In this document: piece by piece, positions 23,409 through 36,234 of the stretch
Layout of the letters: every line of letters begins with the position of its first letter
Numbering within the stretch: the stretch's first letter is position 1
Assembly: GCF_964355755.1 (NCBI RefSeq)
Contig: NC_092680.1
Span: 10,168,001 to 10,232,000 of the forward strand
DNA from: Antedon mediterranea
Taxonomy: Eukaryota > Animalia > Echinodermata
Reading direction: 5' to 3'
DNA length: 64,000 bases
Notes under the pieces: model-generated
Told to the model about the DNA's origin: nothing
What the model saw: only the letters and a program-made list of their open reading frames with translations
Database searches by the model: none
Translations under genes and position numbers: made by a program

Positions 23409-26400
23409 TCGTGACAATAACAAGGGGTTATCCGCCAAGTGCGGATAACCAAAAAAAAGATCCTGACAATAACAAGGGGTTATCCGCCAAGTGCGGATAA
23501 CCAACTAGATTTGAACTCGTCACTACGGACGAGTTAGGTTATCCGCATCGCAAAACCCACGCGCATGACACCTAAGTTAGAATATTGCGCGCAGAAAAAC
23601 GATTATGCCATTGAAAAAATGTTAGTGAGCCCTCTATTTTGTGTCGCGTCTAAGTGTGTACGGTATACACTATATACTGTATACGTACTACATACAGTGC
23701 AGAATAGGTGAAAATAAGTGACTAAAGTTATTGACGCTTTTGAACATGATGACGTCATCACACATTTAAAATTGGTAAATCATACGAAAGATAATTGATT
23801 GACCTAAACAATATATAAAAATGGGGGGAAATGGAATACGGATAAGTGGAGATGCGCTATATTAAATGTGACGAGCTACGAGGAAAGAGACAAAAATCCT
23901 ATATTTTATATTCGAGTGGCCATACGATGACGTCACAATGTCCGGTTAGCCATATTGATGCATGATTTGATATCTGCAACTCATCTTCTACCAGAATATG
24001 TAATTATAAAAAAGTTCACCACGTAGTTTAGAATCTATGACTGTTTAAAAAAAGGCATAATTTTCACAAATTTTTGAACTTTTCCATAAAAAATGCGCGC
24101 AAATTGTTTAATTCTACATGCTCGTATGACGTGATTTTAAGTCGAAATTGATTGAAAATTTATAAATTTACTAGAAAAGGCTGAAAAAACAAAAATCAAG
24201 CAAAAAAAGGATGTTTTTGCCCTACGTGCGCACGCGCGCGTAAAAAAAATGCGCACGCGTGGGAATTTTTGAAATGCTCAAAATGACATGAAACGCGTAG
24301 AAAGTTGATTAGAAATTGATTTTTCACATTTTGAAATTTTAAACGCGCGTGCGCGCGTAACTTTTTGTAAAACATGCTATTTTTAATCCATAGAAAATTT
24401 GCGCATGATATGACTTAAATTTTCACCAAGTTTCAATACAAAATGACTTTTAGTTTTTATTCTATGATCAATCATTGAAATTCACAAAATCGCGCGTAAC
24501 TTACGCTGCGCGACTCGAAATTTGAAAATAAAAGTTTCTTGCACATCTACAGCTACATATCAATCTTATGAAAAAGTTATACAATCATATGTTGCCCAAA
24601 ATTAGAGATATGCGACCAACAAAATTCGTGGAAAGAAAGAAGAAAATAGAAAAAAAAAGAGAAAAAAAAAAAGATCCTGACAATAACAAGAGGTTATCCG
24701 CCAAGTGCGGATAACCAACTAGATTTGAACTCGTCACTACGGACGAGTTAGGTTATCCGCAGCGCAAAAGCCACGCGCATGACACATAAGTTAGAATATT
24801 GCGTGCAGAAAAACGATTATGCCATTGAAAAAATGTTAGTGTCACGTCAAAGTATATACGGTATACACTATATTCAGTATACGTACTACATACAGTGCAG
24901 AATAGGTGAAAATAAGGGACCCAAGTTATTGACGCTTTTGGACATGATGACGTCATCACAATTTAAAAAATGGTAGATTATGCGAAAGATAATTGATTGG
25001 CCTAGACAATATAACAAAATGGGGGGAAATGGAATACGGATAAGTGGAGATGCGCTCTATCAAATGTGATGAGCTATGAGAAAGAGACAAAAATCCTATA
25101 TTTTATATTCGAGTAGCCATACGATGACGTCACAATGTCCGGTTAGCCAAATCGATGCATGATTCTATATCTACAACTCATCTACATTCAGAATATGTAA
25201 TTTTAAAAAAGTTCACCACGTAGTTTAGAATCTATGACTGTTTAAAAAAAGGCATAATTTTGACAAATTTTTGAACTTTTTCATCAAAAATGCGCGTAAA
25301 TTGTTTAATTCTACGTGCTCGTATGACGTGATTTTAAGTCGAAATTGTTTGAAAGTTGGTAAATTTACTAAAAAAGACAGGAAAAACAAAAATCAAGCAA
25401 AAAAATGATGTATTTGCGCTACGTGCGCACGCGCGCGTAAAAAATTTGCGCACGCGTGGGAATTTTTGAAATGCTCAAAATGACCTGAAACGCGTAGAAA
25501 GTTGATTAGAAATTGATTTTTCACAATTTGAAATTTTAAACGCGCGTGCGCGCGTAACTTTTTGTGCAACCTGCCATTTTTAATCTACAGAAAGTTTGCG
25601 CTTTATATGACTTAAATTTTCACCAAGTTTCAATACAAAATGACTTTTTGTTTTTAATCTATGATCAATAATTGAAATTCATAAAATCGCACGTAACTTA
25701 CGCTGCGCGACACAAAATTTGAAAAAAAAAGTTTCTTGCACATCTACAGATATCGGGCAATCTTTTGACAAAGTTATACAATCTTCTGTTGGCTAGAATT
25801 TGAGATACGCTGCCCACAAAAAATGGGAGAGAAGTGTGGAAAGAAAGAAATAAATACTAGATTTGAACTCGTCACTACGGACGAGTTAGGTTATCCGCAG
25901 CGCAAAGGCCACGTGCACGTCGTACGTTAAAATATTGCGCGCAGAAAAACGATTAAGTAATTGAAACAATTTCAGCGTGCTCTTTATTTTTCGTCACGTC
26001 TGAGTATATACGGTATACGCTATATACTGTATACGTACTACATACAGTGCAGAATAGGTGAAAATAAGTGACCAAAGTTATTGACGCTTTTGAACATGAT
26101 GACGTCATCACAATTTTTAAAATGGTGAATCGTGCGAAAGATAATTGATAGACCTAGACAACATAAAAAAAATGGGGGGAAATGGAATACAAATAAGTGG
26201 AGATGCGCTATATTAAATGTGACGAGCTACGAGGAAAGAGACAAAAATCCTATATTTTATATTCGAGTGGCCATATGATGACGTCACAATGTCCGGTTAG
26301 CCATATTGATGCATGATTTGATATCTGCAACTCATCTACTACCAGAATATGTAATTACAAAAAAGTTCACCACGTAGTTTAGAATTTATGACTGTTTAAA

Positions 26401-29400
26401 AAAAGGCATAATTTTGACTAATTTTTGAACTTTTTCATCAAAAATGTGCGTAAATTGTTTAATTCTACGTGCTCGTATGACGTGATTTTAAGTCGAAATT
26501 GTTTGAAAGTTGGTAAATTTTCTAAAAAAGACAGGAAAAACAAAAATCAAGCAAAAAAATGATGTTTTTGCGCTACGTGCGCACGTGCGCGTAAAAAAAT
26601 TGCGCAAGCGTTGGAATTTTTCAAATGCTCAAAATGACATGAAACGCGTAGAAAGTTGATCAGATATTGATTTTTCGCATTTTGAAATTTTAAACGCGCG
26701 TGCGCGCGTAACTTTTAATAAAACATGCCATTTTTAATCCATAGAAAGTTTGCGCATTATATGACTTAAATGTTCACCAAGTTTCAATACAAAATGAATT
26801 TTAGTTTTTAATCTATGATCAATCATTGAAATTCGTAAAATCGCGCGTAACTTACGCTGCGCAACTCGAAATTTGAAAAAAAAAGTTTCTTGCACATCTA
26901 CAGCTACAGGGCAATCTTATGACAAAGTTATACAATCTTATGTTGGCTAGAATTAGAGATACGCTGCCCACAAAAAATGGGAGAGAAGCGTGGAAAGAAA
27001 GAAATAAATACTAGATTTGAACTCGTCACTACGTACGAGTTAGGTTATCCGCAGCGCAAAGGCCACGTGCACGTCATACGTTAGAATATTGCGCGCAGAA
27101 AAACGATTATGCCATTTAAAAAATGTTAGTGCGCTCTCAATTTTGCGTCACGTCTGAGTATATACGGTATACACTATAACTGTATACGTACTACTTACAG
27201 TTCAGAATAGGTGAAAATAAGTGACCAAAGTTATTGACGCTTTTGCACATGATGACGTCATAACAATTTTTAAAATGGTGAATCATGCGAAAGATAATTG
27301 ATTGACCTAGACAATATAAAGAAATGGAGGGCAATGGAATACGGATAAGTGGAGATGCGCTCTATTAAATGTGATGAGCTATACGAAAGAGAAAAAAATC
27401 CTATATTTTATATTCGAGTGGCCATACGATGACGTCACAATGTCCTGTTAGCTACATCGATGCATGATTCGATATCTACAACTCATCAACTTTCAGAATG
27501 TGTAATTTTAAAAAAGTTCACCACGTAGTTTAGAATCTATGACTTTTTTTAAAAAGGCATAATTTTCACGAATTTTTTAACTTTTTCATCAAAAACGCGC
27601 GCAAATTATTCAATTCTACGTGCTCGTATGACGTGATTTTAAGTCGAAATTGATTGAAAATTGGTAAATTTACTAGAAAAGGGTGGAAAAACAAAAACCA
27701 AGCAAAAAAAAGATGTTTTTGCTCTACGTGCGCACGCGCGCGTAAGAAAAGTGCGCACGCTTGGGAATTTTTGAAATGCTCAAAATGACCTGAAACGCGT
27801 AGAAAGTTGATTAGAAATTGATTTTTCGCATTTTGAAATTTTAAACGCGCGTGCGCGCGTAACTTTCTATAAAACATGCCATTTTCTCTCCATAGAAAGT
27901 TATCGCATGATATGACTTAAATTTTCACCAAGTCTGAATACAAAATGACTTTTGGTTTTTATTCTATGATCAATCATTGAAATTCATAAAATCACGCGTA
28001 ACTTACGCTGCGCGACTCAAAATTCATAAAAAAAAGTTTCTTGCACATCTACAGCTACAGGGCAATCTTTTGACAAAGTTATACAATCATATGTTGGCCA
28101 GAATTAGAGATACGCTGCGAACAAAATTCGTGGAAAGAAAGAAGAAAATAGAAGAAAAAAGAGAAAAAAAAGATCCTGACAATAACAAGAGGTTATCCGC
28201 CAAGTGCGGATAACCAACTAGATTTGAACTCGTCACTACGGACGAGTTAGGTTATCCGCATCGCAAAACCCACGCGCATGACACCTAAGTTAGAATATTG
28301 CGCGCAGAAAAACGATTATGCCATTGAAAAAATGTTAGTGAGCCCTCTATTTTGTGTCGCGTCTAAGTGTGTACGGTATACACTATATACTGTATACGTA
28401 CTACATACAGTGCAGAATAGGTGAAAATAAGTGACCAAAGTTATTGACGCATTTGAACATGATGACGTCATCACAATTTTAAAAATGGTGAATCATGCGA
28501 AAGATAATTGATTGATCTAGACAATATAAAAAAATTGAGTGAAATGGAATACAGATAAGTGGAGATGCGCTCTATTAAATTTGACGAGCTATGACAAAAG
28601 AGAAAAAAATCCTATATTTTATATTCGGGTGGCCATACGATGATGTCACAATGTCCGGTTAGCCATATCAATGCATGATTCGAGAAAAACAACTCATCTA
28701 CTTCCAGAATATGTAATTTTAAAAAAGTTCACCACGTAGTTTAGAATTTATGACTGTTTAAAAAAAGGTCTAATTTTGACGATTTTTTGAAGTTTTTCAT
28801 CAAAAACACGCGCAAATTATCCAATTCTACGTGCTCGTGTGACGTGATTTTCAGTCGAAATTGATTGAAAATTCATAAATTTACTAGAAAAGGCTGAAAA
28901 AACAAAAATCAAGCAAAAAAAGATGTTTTTGCGCTACGTGCGCACGCGCGCGTAAAAAAATTGCGCACGCGTGGGAATTTTTGAAATGCTCAAAATGACA
29001 TGAAACGCATAGAAAGTTGATTAGAAATTGATTTTTCGCATTTTGAAATTTCAAACGCGCATGCGCGCGTAACTTTTTGTGAAACATGCCATTTTTAATC
29101 CATAAAAAGTTTGCGCATGATCTCACTTAAATTTTCACAAAGTTTCAATACAAAACAACTTTTAGTTTTTATTCTATGATCAATCATTGAAATTCATGAA
29201 ATCGCGCGTAACTTACACTGCGCAACTCCAAAATCGTCCAAAAGCTTGGCTGCACATCTACAGCTATAGGTCAACCTTATGACAAAGTTATACAATCTTA
29301 TGTTGGCCACAAGATAGAGATGTGCTGCGAACAAAATTCGGGGAAAGAAAGAAGAATAACATAGAAAAAAAAAAAAAAAAACTAGATTTGAACTCGTCAC

Positions 29401-30528
29401 TACGGACGAGTTAGGTTATCCGCATCGCAAAACCCACGCGCATGACACCTAAGTTAGAATATTGCGCGCAGAAAAACGATTATGCCATTGAAAAAATGTT
29501 AGTGAGCCCTCTATTTTGTGTCGCGTCTAAGTGTGTACGGTATACACTATATACTGTATACGTACTACATACAGTGCAGAATAGGTGAAAATAAGTGACC
29601 AAAGTTATTGACGCATTTGAACATGATGACGTCATCACAATTTTAAAAATGGTGAATCATGCGAAAGATAATTGATTGATCTAGACAATATAAAAAAATT
29701 GAGTGAAATGGAATACAGATAAGTGGAGATGCGCTCTATTAAATTTGACGAGCTATGACAAAAGAGAAAAAAATCCTATATTTTATATTCGGGTGGCCAT
29801 ACGATGATGTCACAATGTCCGGTTAGCCATATCAATGCATGATTCGAGAAAAACAACTCATCTACTTCCAGAATATGTAATTTTAAAAAAGTTCACCACG
29901 TAGTTTAGAATTTATGACTGTTTAAAAAAAGGTCTAATTTTGACGATTTTTTGAAGTTTTTCATCAAAAACACGCGCAAATTATCCAATTCTACGTGCTC
30001 GTGTGACGTGATTTTCAGTCGAAATTGATTGAAAATTCATAAATTTACTAGAAAAGGCTGAAAAAACAAAAATCAAGCAAAAAAAGATGTTTTTGCGCTA
30101 CGTGCGCACGCGCGCGTAAAAAAATTGCGCACGCGTGGGAATTTTTGAAATGCTCAAAATGACATGAAACGCATAGAAAGTTGATTAGAAATTGATTTTT
30201 CGCATTTTGAAATTTCAAACGCGCATGCGCGCGTAACTTTTTGTGAAACATGCCATTTTTAATCCATAAAAAGTTTGCGCATGATCTCACTTAAATTTTC
30301 ACAAAGTTTCAATACAAAACAACTTTTAGTTTTTATTCTATGATCAATCATTGAAATTCATGAAATCGCGCGTAACTTACACTGCGCAACTCCAAAATCG
30401 TCCAAAAGCTTGGCTGCACATCTACAGCTATAGGTCAACCTTATGACAAAGTTATACAATCTTATGTTGGCCACAAGATAGAGATGTGCTGCGAACAAAA
30501 TTCGGGGAAAGAAAGAAGAATAACATAG

Positions 30529-30562
<34 letters not shown>

Positions 30563-30667
30563 TCCTGACAATAACAAGGGGTTATCCGCCAAGTGCGGAT
30601 AACCAAAAAGAAAAAAAAAAAGATCCTGACAATAACAAGGGGTTATCCGCCAAGTGCGGATAACCAA
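22260..30667. mobile_element. Array of seven ~1.14-1.29-kb non-autonomous Helentron-associated units (satellite-like)
   Basis: Left termini at ~22260 (degenerate), 23505, 24719, 25857, 27011, 28218, 29382. Right terminal modules gatc(c/g)tgacaataacaag(a/g)ggttatccgccaagtgcggataaccaa start at 23407, 23459, 24673, 28172, 30561, 30622. Unique sequence resumes after 30667. Confidence 0.92.
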
Positions 30668-33600
30668 TTATAATATTCCATATAAGTAAAATATAACAAT
30701 AGGCCTAATTTAAATTGACGTTTCAAAATCAGGTGTGCATCGTTCCGTGGTTACGTCATTCCGTTCTTTTCGTACTTATTGTTTCTGACGGCGGATTATG
30801 TTTTTAGAGCCATAATAAATCAATAACATCTTGACATTTTGTGCTTATATGTTAAAAACAACAATAGCGAATGTTTGTTACCATCCTCAATTTATATATT
30901 TCTATAATAATCGACTTGCTTCTTTTTTTTAGGCCTACATGATTTTATATTTTCAGCATTATTTTTAGAACTCAATTGGGCACACCTTCAAGACCCAACA
31001 AAGTTTGAATATAGATGTCCCCTGAATTGGGCTTAGCTCTTAAAACAAAGATATTTCCCATCATTCGTTTCATTGGAAAGTATCTCTTTATAAGGTGTAA
31101 CTGAATAAGGAGGAGTTTTACTATATTTCATTTGGTAAAATTTATTTTTACAATTTAGAAAATAAATTAATAAATTCCGTACTGTTGTAACGTATATTTT
31201 CAGACAATAATTTACGCTAGTAATTGTGGGCGTATATTGTTATTTTTTGTTGATTTGTTAATGCATAATTATTTTTTTTAATATGTAAATTATTCATAAT
31301 AAAAATAACTAAACATTCCAACGATTAATTATATTGATGATGGTGATGGTACACACCAGGCCTACTACATAGAGTATATGTACAAAAGCAGCATTAGCTG
31401 GGCACATTCTACATGGATTACCGCCTTACAGCCTGCCCCTCATCCACATCCCCGGCCTCTTCTTAAAAGACCCGATCTTCAAAGTTAGCTTAACTATATG
31501 TACAATAGATCCAACATGTCATTATCACCGTTTTATTCAAATTGACAGAAACTTAGGATGTCTGTAATAATAGTATGGTCTTAGTTCTGACAGATAAAGG
31601 ATCAACGGCTTTAGTTTATATCTAAATGACGTTGTACTCCCTATTTTTATTTATGATATAAATACTGGAATATCTTGTTATATTATTATGTAGCACGCGT
31701 TTATTCAGATAACCACAGCATGCTCAAAAGAGCAACGGCATATGTAATACGGTAATCGTTTTGTGCGTTTTTTTATAGTCAGAAACGTATTGAAAATTAA
31801 GAGTATTAATCATTAATTTGATCATAATCAAACAAAAATCCTCAACCACAAATTAACCGATAACAATTAAACGATAATTAACGGATAAACTGCCTGTGGG
31901 TAACCGATTCCACTCGGGAAAAATTAATCGATAATTATCTCATTCAAATCGAATTATCGGATAAATGTGATAATTTTTTAATTGTTGCGTTGTGATTGGC
32001 CATCTGGTTTGGTTATACGTATCTTTTCGCGTAGCTGAATGAGTATGCGTGAATATAATAGATAAGATGTCACATCTTATCTATTGTGAAGCAGGCAGGA
32101 GGGGGAGGGAGCGTTTAAACATTACCTGCTGACACACCGACATCATCAATTTAATATCAACATACTCCTGTATGTTTATTAATGACAAATTGATGGTAAA
32201 CAGATTGTTTCACTTCTTCTTGATTGATTCTCTTTAAAAATACTTCCTGGTCACGTGACTGGTTATGTGGTCGTGGGTTCATGTCAAAAGATGGGATCAC
32301 GTTTGATGTCACTTTAGTGTAGTAGCACATGTGATTAACCTATAACATGGTATTTAAATTGCTTTGAGCATAAATTCATTTATCACAAATATTATCAACA
32401 GGTGTGCTATTATTATCAAAAAGTTCTCTGTTTGCTAGAGCATAGTGCAATTAAATTACATATTTCATTGTAAATATTTATAGCCTATGTTTGTTGTTAA
32501 ATAATAATAATATCATTGTGGAACTAATTTGATGTATTTAAACGTTACAACCATCAAGACTATTTTTTTTCTATTTATTCGTTTTCGTAACGAAATCGAG
32601 AGTTTCTACTTTCAGAAGCAACAAAGCAAGCTCTACCAGGTAGCTTGAACTACAAAATGAGCAATACATGTGCTACAGCCGTGTAAATAAAACATTTAGA
32701 AATTGTCTTAAGTTATACATTTATTGACAAATTACCTACTGTCGACGTCAAATATTTGATAATGTCGAATAAGCCTATTCAATTATAATACATTGTGAAA
32801 TCAACTATAGGCATAACACTTTACTTTTTAATCTAGTCATACATAAACCAAAATAAGTTATTTCTTTACACACAGCAGTCAATGTCAAAATTTCAATCGA
32901 TATTGTTTTACCGATGATCAAGGTAAATTCAGCATGTCATGTTGTTTTGAATACAACAGTGAGACTATTAAAATAAAAAGTATTACTATATGTTTCTATA
33001 TAACCCACCCTATCCATCTTCGTTGTAGGCCTAAAGTTTGTTATTGGGTGCAATCACAAAAAAGTTTCACAGGATAAGAACATTTCTGCCGTAATGTAAT
33101 TTTAAATGACAATCTAGGCTACCGGTTGACAACTGTTTTCGGTCACGTGGTCGTAGATGCGTCCGTTTTAGAACCAATGCTGTTAAAATATGGTTCTCAG
33201 TCAAGTTACTTCAGTCCGTTCCTTTAACCTAACCCATAATACGGGCACGGGTATTACGGAATTTGAGTAAGTATTGTCCTATGTGGCGATACAGCATCGA
33301 TACTCGGGTGGCGTAACTGTACTGAATAAGACCCATTTCGAGTTAAACACACTGTACCTACAATGGCGCATATCATGACACAGTGAAAAAAGGAACCCGA
33401 GTTACAAAAGCAAGTGGATGTAGGAGGATTGGGTAAGTAATATAAAATATATAGTTTAGTATCTTTATTTAGGGCTCCTATTTAAAACTATTTTTTTTTG
33501 CAGAACCTTATCTTACATATTCTTAGCAAAATTATTTTGAGAGGAAACTGAATCAATTTGAAATGTTTTTACATGTTTTTTTTTTTCTATACTTCACATC

Positions 33601-33893
33601 AGATAATTACCATCTACTGGAATCTGAAGATGATGTTATAAACCATTTCAGACGTACTTGTATCCAACATATAATGTTGTGTTTCATTTGTTGTCTAATT
33701 AAAAATCGTTAGCCTCTGTAAAGTGGAAAAGCCATGTAAAGACGATTCTTCAACGATTAATGTCTAGTGCACTATTTATCAATACGATGATACACAGCAC
33801 TGTGCGTGCTTCACCGATACTATTTTAAAGTAGGCACATTTGTTGCTTTTCACAATATAACAGAATTTCGAGAAAAAAATTTCCAAAAATATT

Positions 33894-34339
33894 TCAGTCC
33901 TCTTCCGTTCTAGTATTTTGTGATTGTTCGCCGATTTGTAACATTTCACTTCCTCCTGACATGCCGCGCATCGTCATCGCCGTCGCCATGGTCGATTGCG
34001 TCGTTATTTTCGCTCGATGTCCTCGGCGTCTCATACACAAGCAGCATCTTCGAAATTCACGCGAAAATTTTATGCTGAATAAGCCGTAAATAAGCGGGTC
34101 CATACACGTGTTTAGTACGGCAAAACTAAACAGGGTTTGTTCCGTTAGCCATGTCATGTTGGACTCGTTCCGTTTCAGTTCTACGGTGGTAGTGGCAACA
34201 AAGTACGGCGTCCAGTTAATAATAAATGCAACCACGATGGCAGCGGTTAGTTTGACAGCTTTCACTCGAGCTTTTGGTATGTTGTTTGTTCCAGAGCGTC
34301 GTAATGTTACATACGTTTTCTTACCGCCATTTAATTGCG
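33894..34339 (-). CDS. GnRHR: GnRHR-like coding exon 3 (ICL3-TM7, C-tail)
   Basis: tttcag| acceptor; ...RRSGTNNIPKARVKAVKLTAAIVVAFIINWTPYF...NTCMDPLIYG...stop. Confidence 0.9.
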
Positions 34340-35541
34340 CTGAAATAAAGCAAAGTATACAATCATTAGTTAATTAAATAAACTCGAAAATATTGTGAAT
34401 AAACTGATTATGATATCATGATCAGTTATCTGAATGTGAACCTATATCTACTACTTACGATTGGATTGAAACGTTTTCTTGTAGATCTTCACAACAATTC
34501 CTACGTAGCAGGATACGATGATAATCAACGGCAACAGGTAACTGAGAACTAATGTCGTGAAGTGATGAACGAGCGCCCACCTTGGATGCGCATCAACAAA
34601 ATTATAACTGGCACATCGCACGTATGTTGGGTCATAATAGTTTACTAACTCCTCGAATATGAAATACTATAACAGAAAGAATAATTATGATAAATAATTG
34701 TGATGTTAATACTGTAGTCCTCTCACCAATCCTAGCCATCATTATGACCTTAGTGACAAACTTCACAAAAGTTCCCGGATTAAACAATTCAAACTAAACC
34801 ACTAGATAAAATGTGTAGACGTATTCATTTATAAATGAATACCTATAGGCGGATTCAGAAGTGGCGGTGAGAGTCGGCCTGGCCCCTCCTAGATTCCGAA
34901 GTAACAAATGCACAAGATAGAACATTTTGTTAGGTTCAGTACTTATATTACAATATTTAGACCCTGCAAAACATGGGGTGATTAAAATAGCTTAAAACCT
35001 TCCAAGTTGCATTCATTTTTATATACCCATGTGTATGTCTTTGTTATGATTCACCAGAACTTACATTTGGTAGGCTAACAATAAAACTTAAAGCCCAGGC
35101 AACTTGGAGCATGATGCGGCATCGTGTATCTGCTTTCTGGACGCTCAGCGGCGTAATAATCGCCGCGTAACGGTCAAAACTAATAACAATAATGATGAAA
35201 GAGTTTGAGTAGAGCGCCATGTTTGACAAGTACTTTAGGATCTTGCAACCGAACATTCCGCCGTACCAAACGATAGTAAATGTGTAGATAACGTCTTGTG
35301 GGATGATAATTAACGTAACAAGCAAGTCGGCGACACATAGGTGCATTATCAATAAATTAACTCGTGATTTCCGCTGTTGGCGATTCCGGAATAACGTCAC
35401 TAGTATCGTTATATTTCCGATCATAGATATAACGAAAATTATGATAAGTGGAACAATTTTCGCAATATCATCATTTGTAAAATTTCTTGGAACGGTGTAA
35501 TTTTCATAGTCATAATATGAAGTATTCCCGTCATCCTCCAT
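33894..35541 (-). CDS. GnRHR: GnRH-receptor-family (GnRH/AKH/corazonin-type) rhodopsin GPCR, 376 aa; join(35541-35065, 34666-34459, 34339-33894)
   Basis: Three exons with GT-AG boundaries and consistent phases (0, 1). Motifs SMIGN, KSRVNLLIMHLCVADLLVT, ISFDRY, LRRSGTNNIPKARVKAVKLT, WTPYF and DPLIYG are typical of GnRH-type receptors. The exact orthologue is not determinable here. Confidence 0.9.
34459..34666 (-). CDS. GnRHR: GnRHR-like coding exon 2 (ECL2-TM5); not in ORF track
   Basis: YFIFEELVNYYDPTYVRCASYNFVDAHPRWALVHHFTTLVLSYLLPLIIIVSCYVGIVVKIYKKTFQSN; ttatag| and |gtaagt. Confidence 0.88.
35065..35541 (-). CDS. GnRHR: GnRHR-like coding exon 1 (TM1-TM4)
   Basis: ATG at 35541 (MEDDGNTS...), donor AAT|GTAAGT. 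An acceptor at 35560 implies an upstream non-coding exon. Confidence 0.9.
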
Positions 35542-36234
35542 TGTGTCCAATAAATCGGCCTGAAAAAAAAAAAATTAAAGAATTGTAGAAGAAGGTTGCA
35601 ACGTGAAAGTTTCTTATTCGGAACACAAGTGTATTTGATGAACTCTATTTAACCACCCCTGCTTAAATAAGCATGTAGACCTGCTGTCAAAACAGACATT
35701 TGAACTACTTACGTACCCAAAAATGATAACAAATATCATAATAAAATCGAATAAGAATGAATAATACACAGAAAGAACGTGGCAAAAATTAATAAATGAG
35801 AAAGATAGTGACGTTCGTCGCTTGTTTGACCATATTATGCACACATCACCTACATTTTGCAAGAATCGCCGATTTGAACATATCACATGCAAAACTCGAT
35901 TGAGCTCATGTTAAGTCAGGAACGCATCAATACATAATACCGACGATTTCCGGAATTCGATAACCACTGAAAGTAAAATCGCCTAGACCTAAGATTAGAT
36001 TTTTTAAGGCAGTTACACCGAGCTAATGCAAACTTGAGCTGCATAAAGCCGACAAAAACAGTTCGGTCATGTAATTTGTAAAATGTAATATTACAACACC
36101 ATAAGCAAACTACGAAAATATGTATATGTAGCAAATTTATACTTGGAAAAAGAGAGTTATTTTTAGAAAATTATAGTATGGGAGCCCGTTACATATGATT
36201 TCACCCCATTGCACCCAAAAGGTTTGACCCCTAA

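Larger units (their letters stand above)
4234..23504 (+). mobile_element. Autonomous Helentron (Helitron group 2), ~19.3 kb including one nested unit
   Basis: Left terminus ctag + hairpin + ggttatccgc at 4234-4275; RepHel-endonuclease ORF 10482-19877; right terminal module ggttatccgc-caagt-gcggataacc-aa ending at 23452 or 23504. The right boundary is inferred from a nesting parse. Confidence 0.75.

Noticed and set aside
22092-30667. Short ORFs repeated in the 1.2-kb units
   Set aside because: Frames and starts are not preserved between units and run through poly(A) tracts; non-coding repeat.
22260-30667. CRISPR-like or integron-cassette-like array (regularly spaced hairpin repeats)
   Set aside because: Intervening sequences are homologous to each other rather than unique; no cas or integrase gene; eukaryotic context; the hairpins are Helentron termini.
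31400-31640. Possible SINE remnants here and at ~39100-39250; LINE-tail-like stretches at ~46050-46110, ~51060-51170 and ~61100-61210
   Set aside because: Only vague resemblance; no clear A/B boxes or TSDs. Needs a repeat-library search.
35044-35550. ORF-track boundaries of the first GPCR exon (TTG start at 35550, stop at 35044)
   Set aside because: The ATG is at 35541 and the frame is spliced at 35065; the track reads into the intron.
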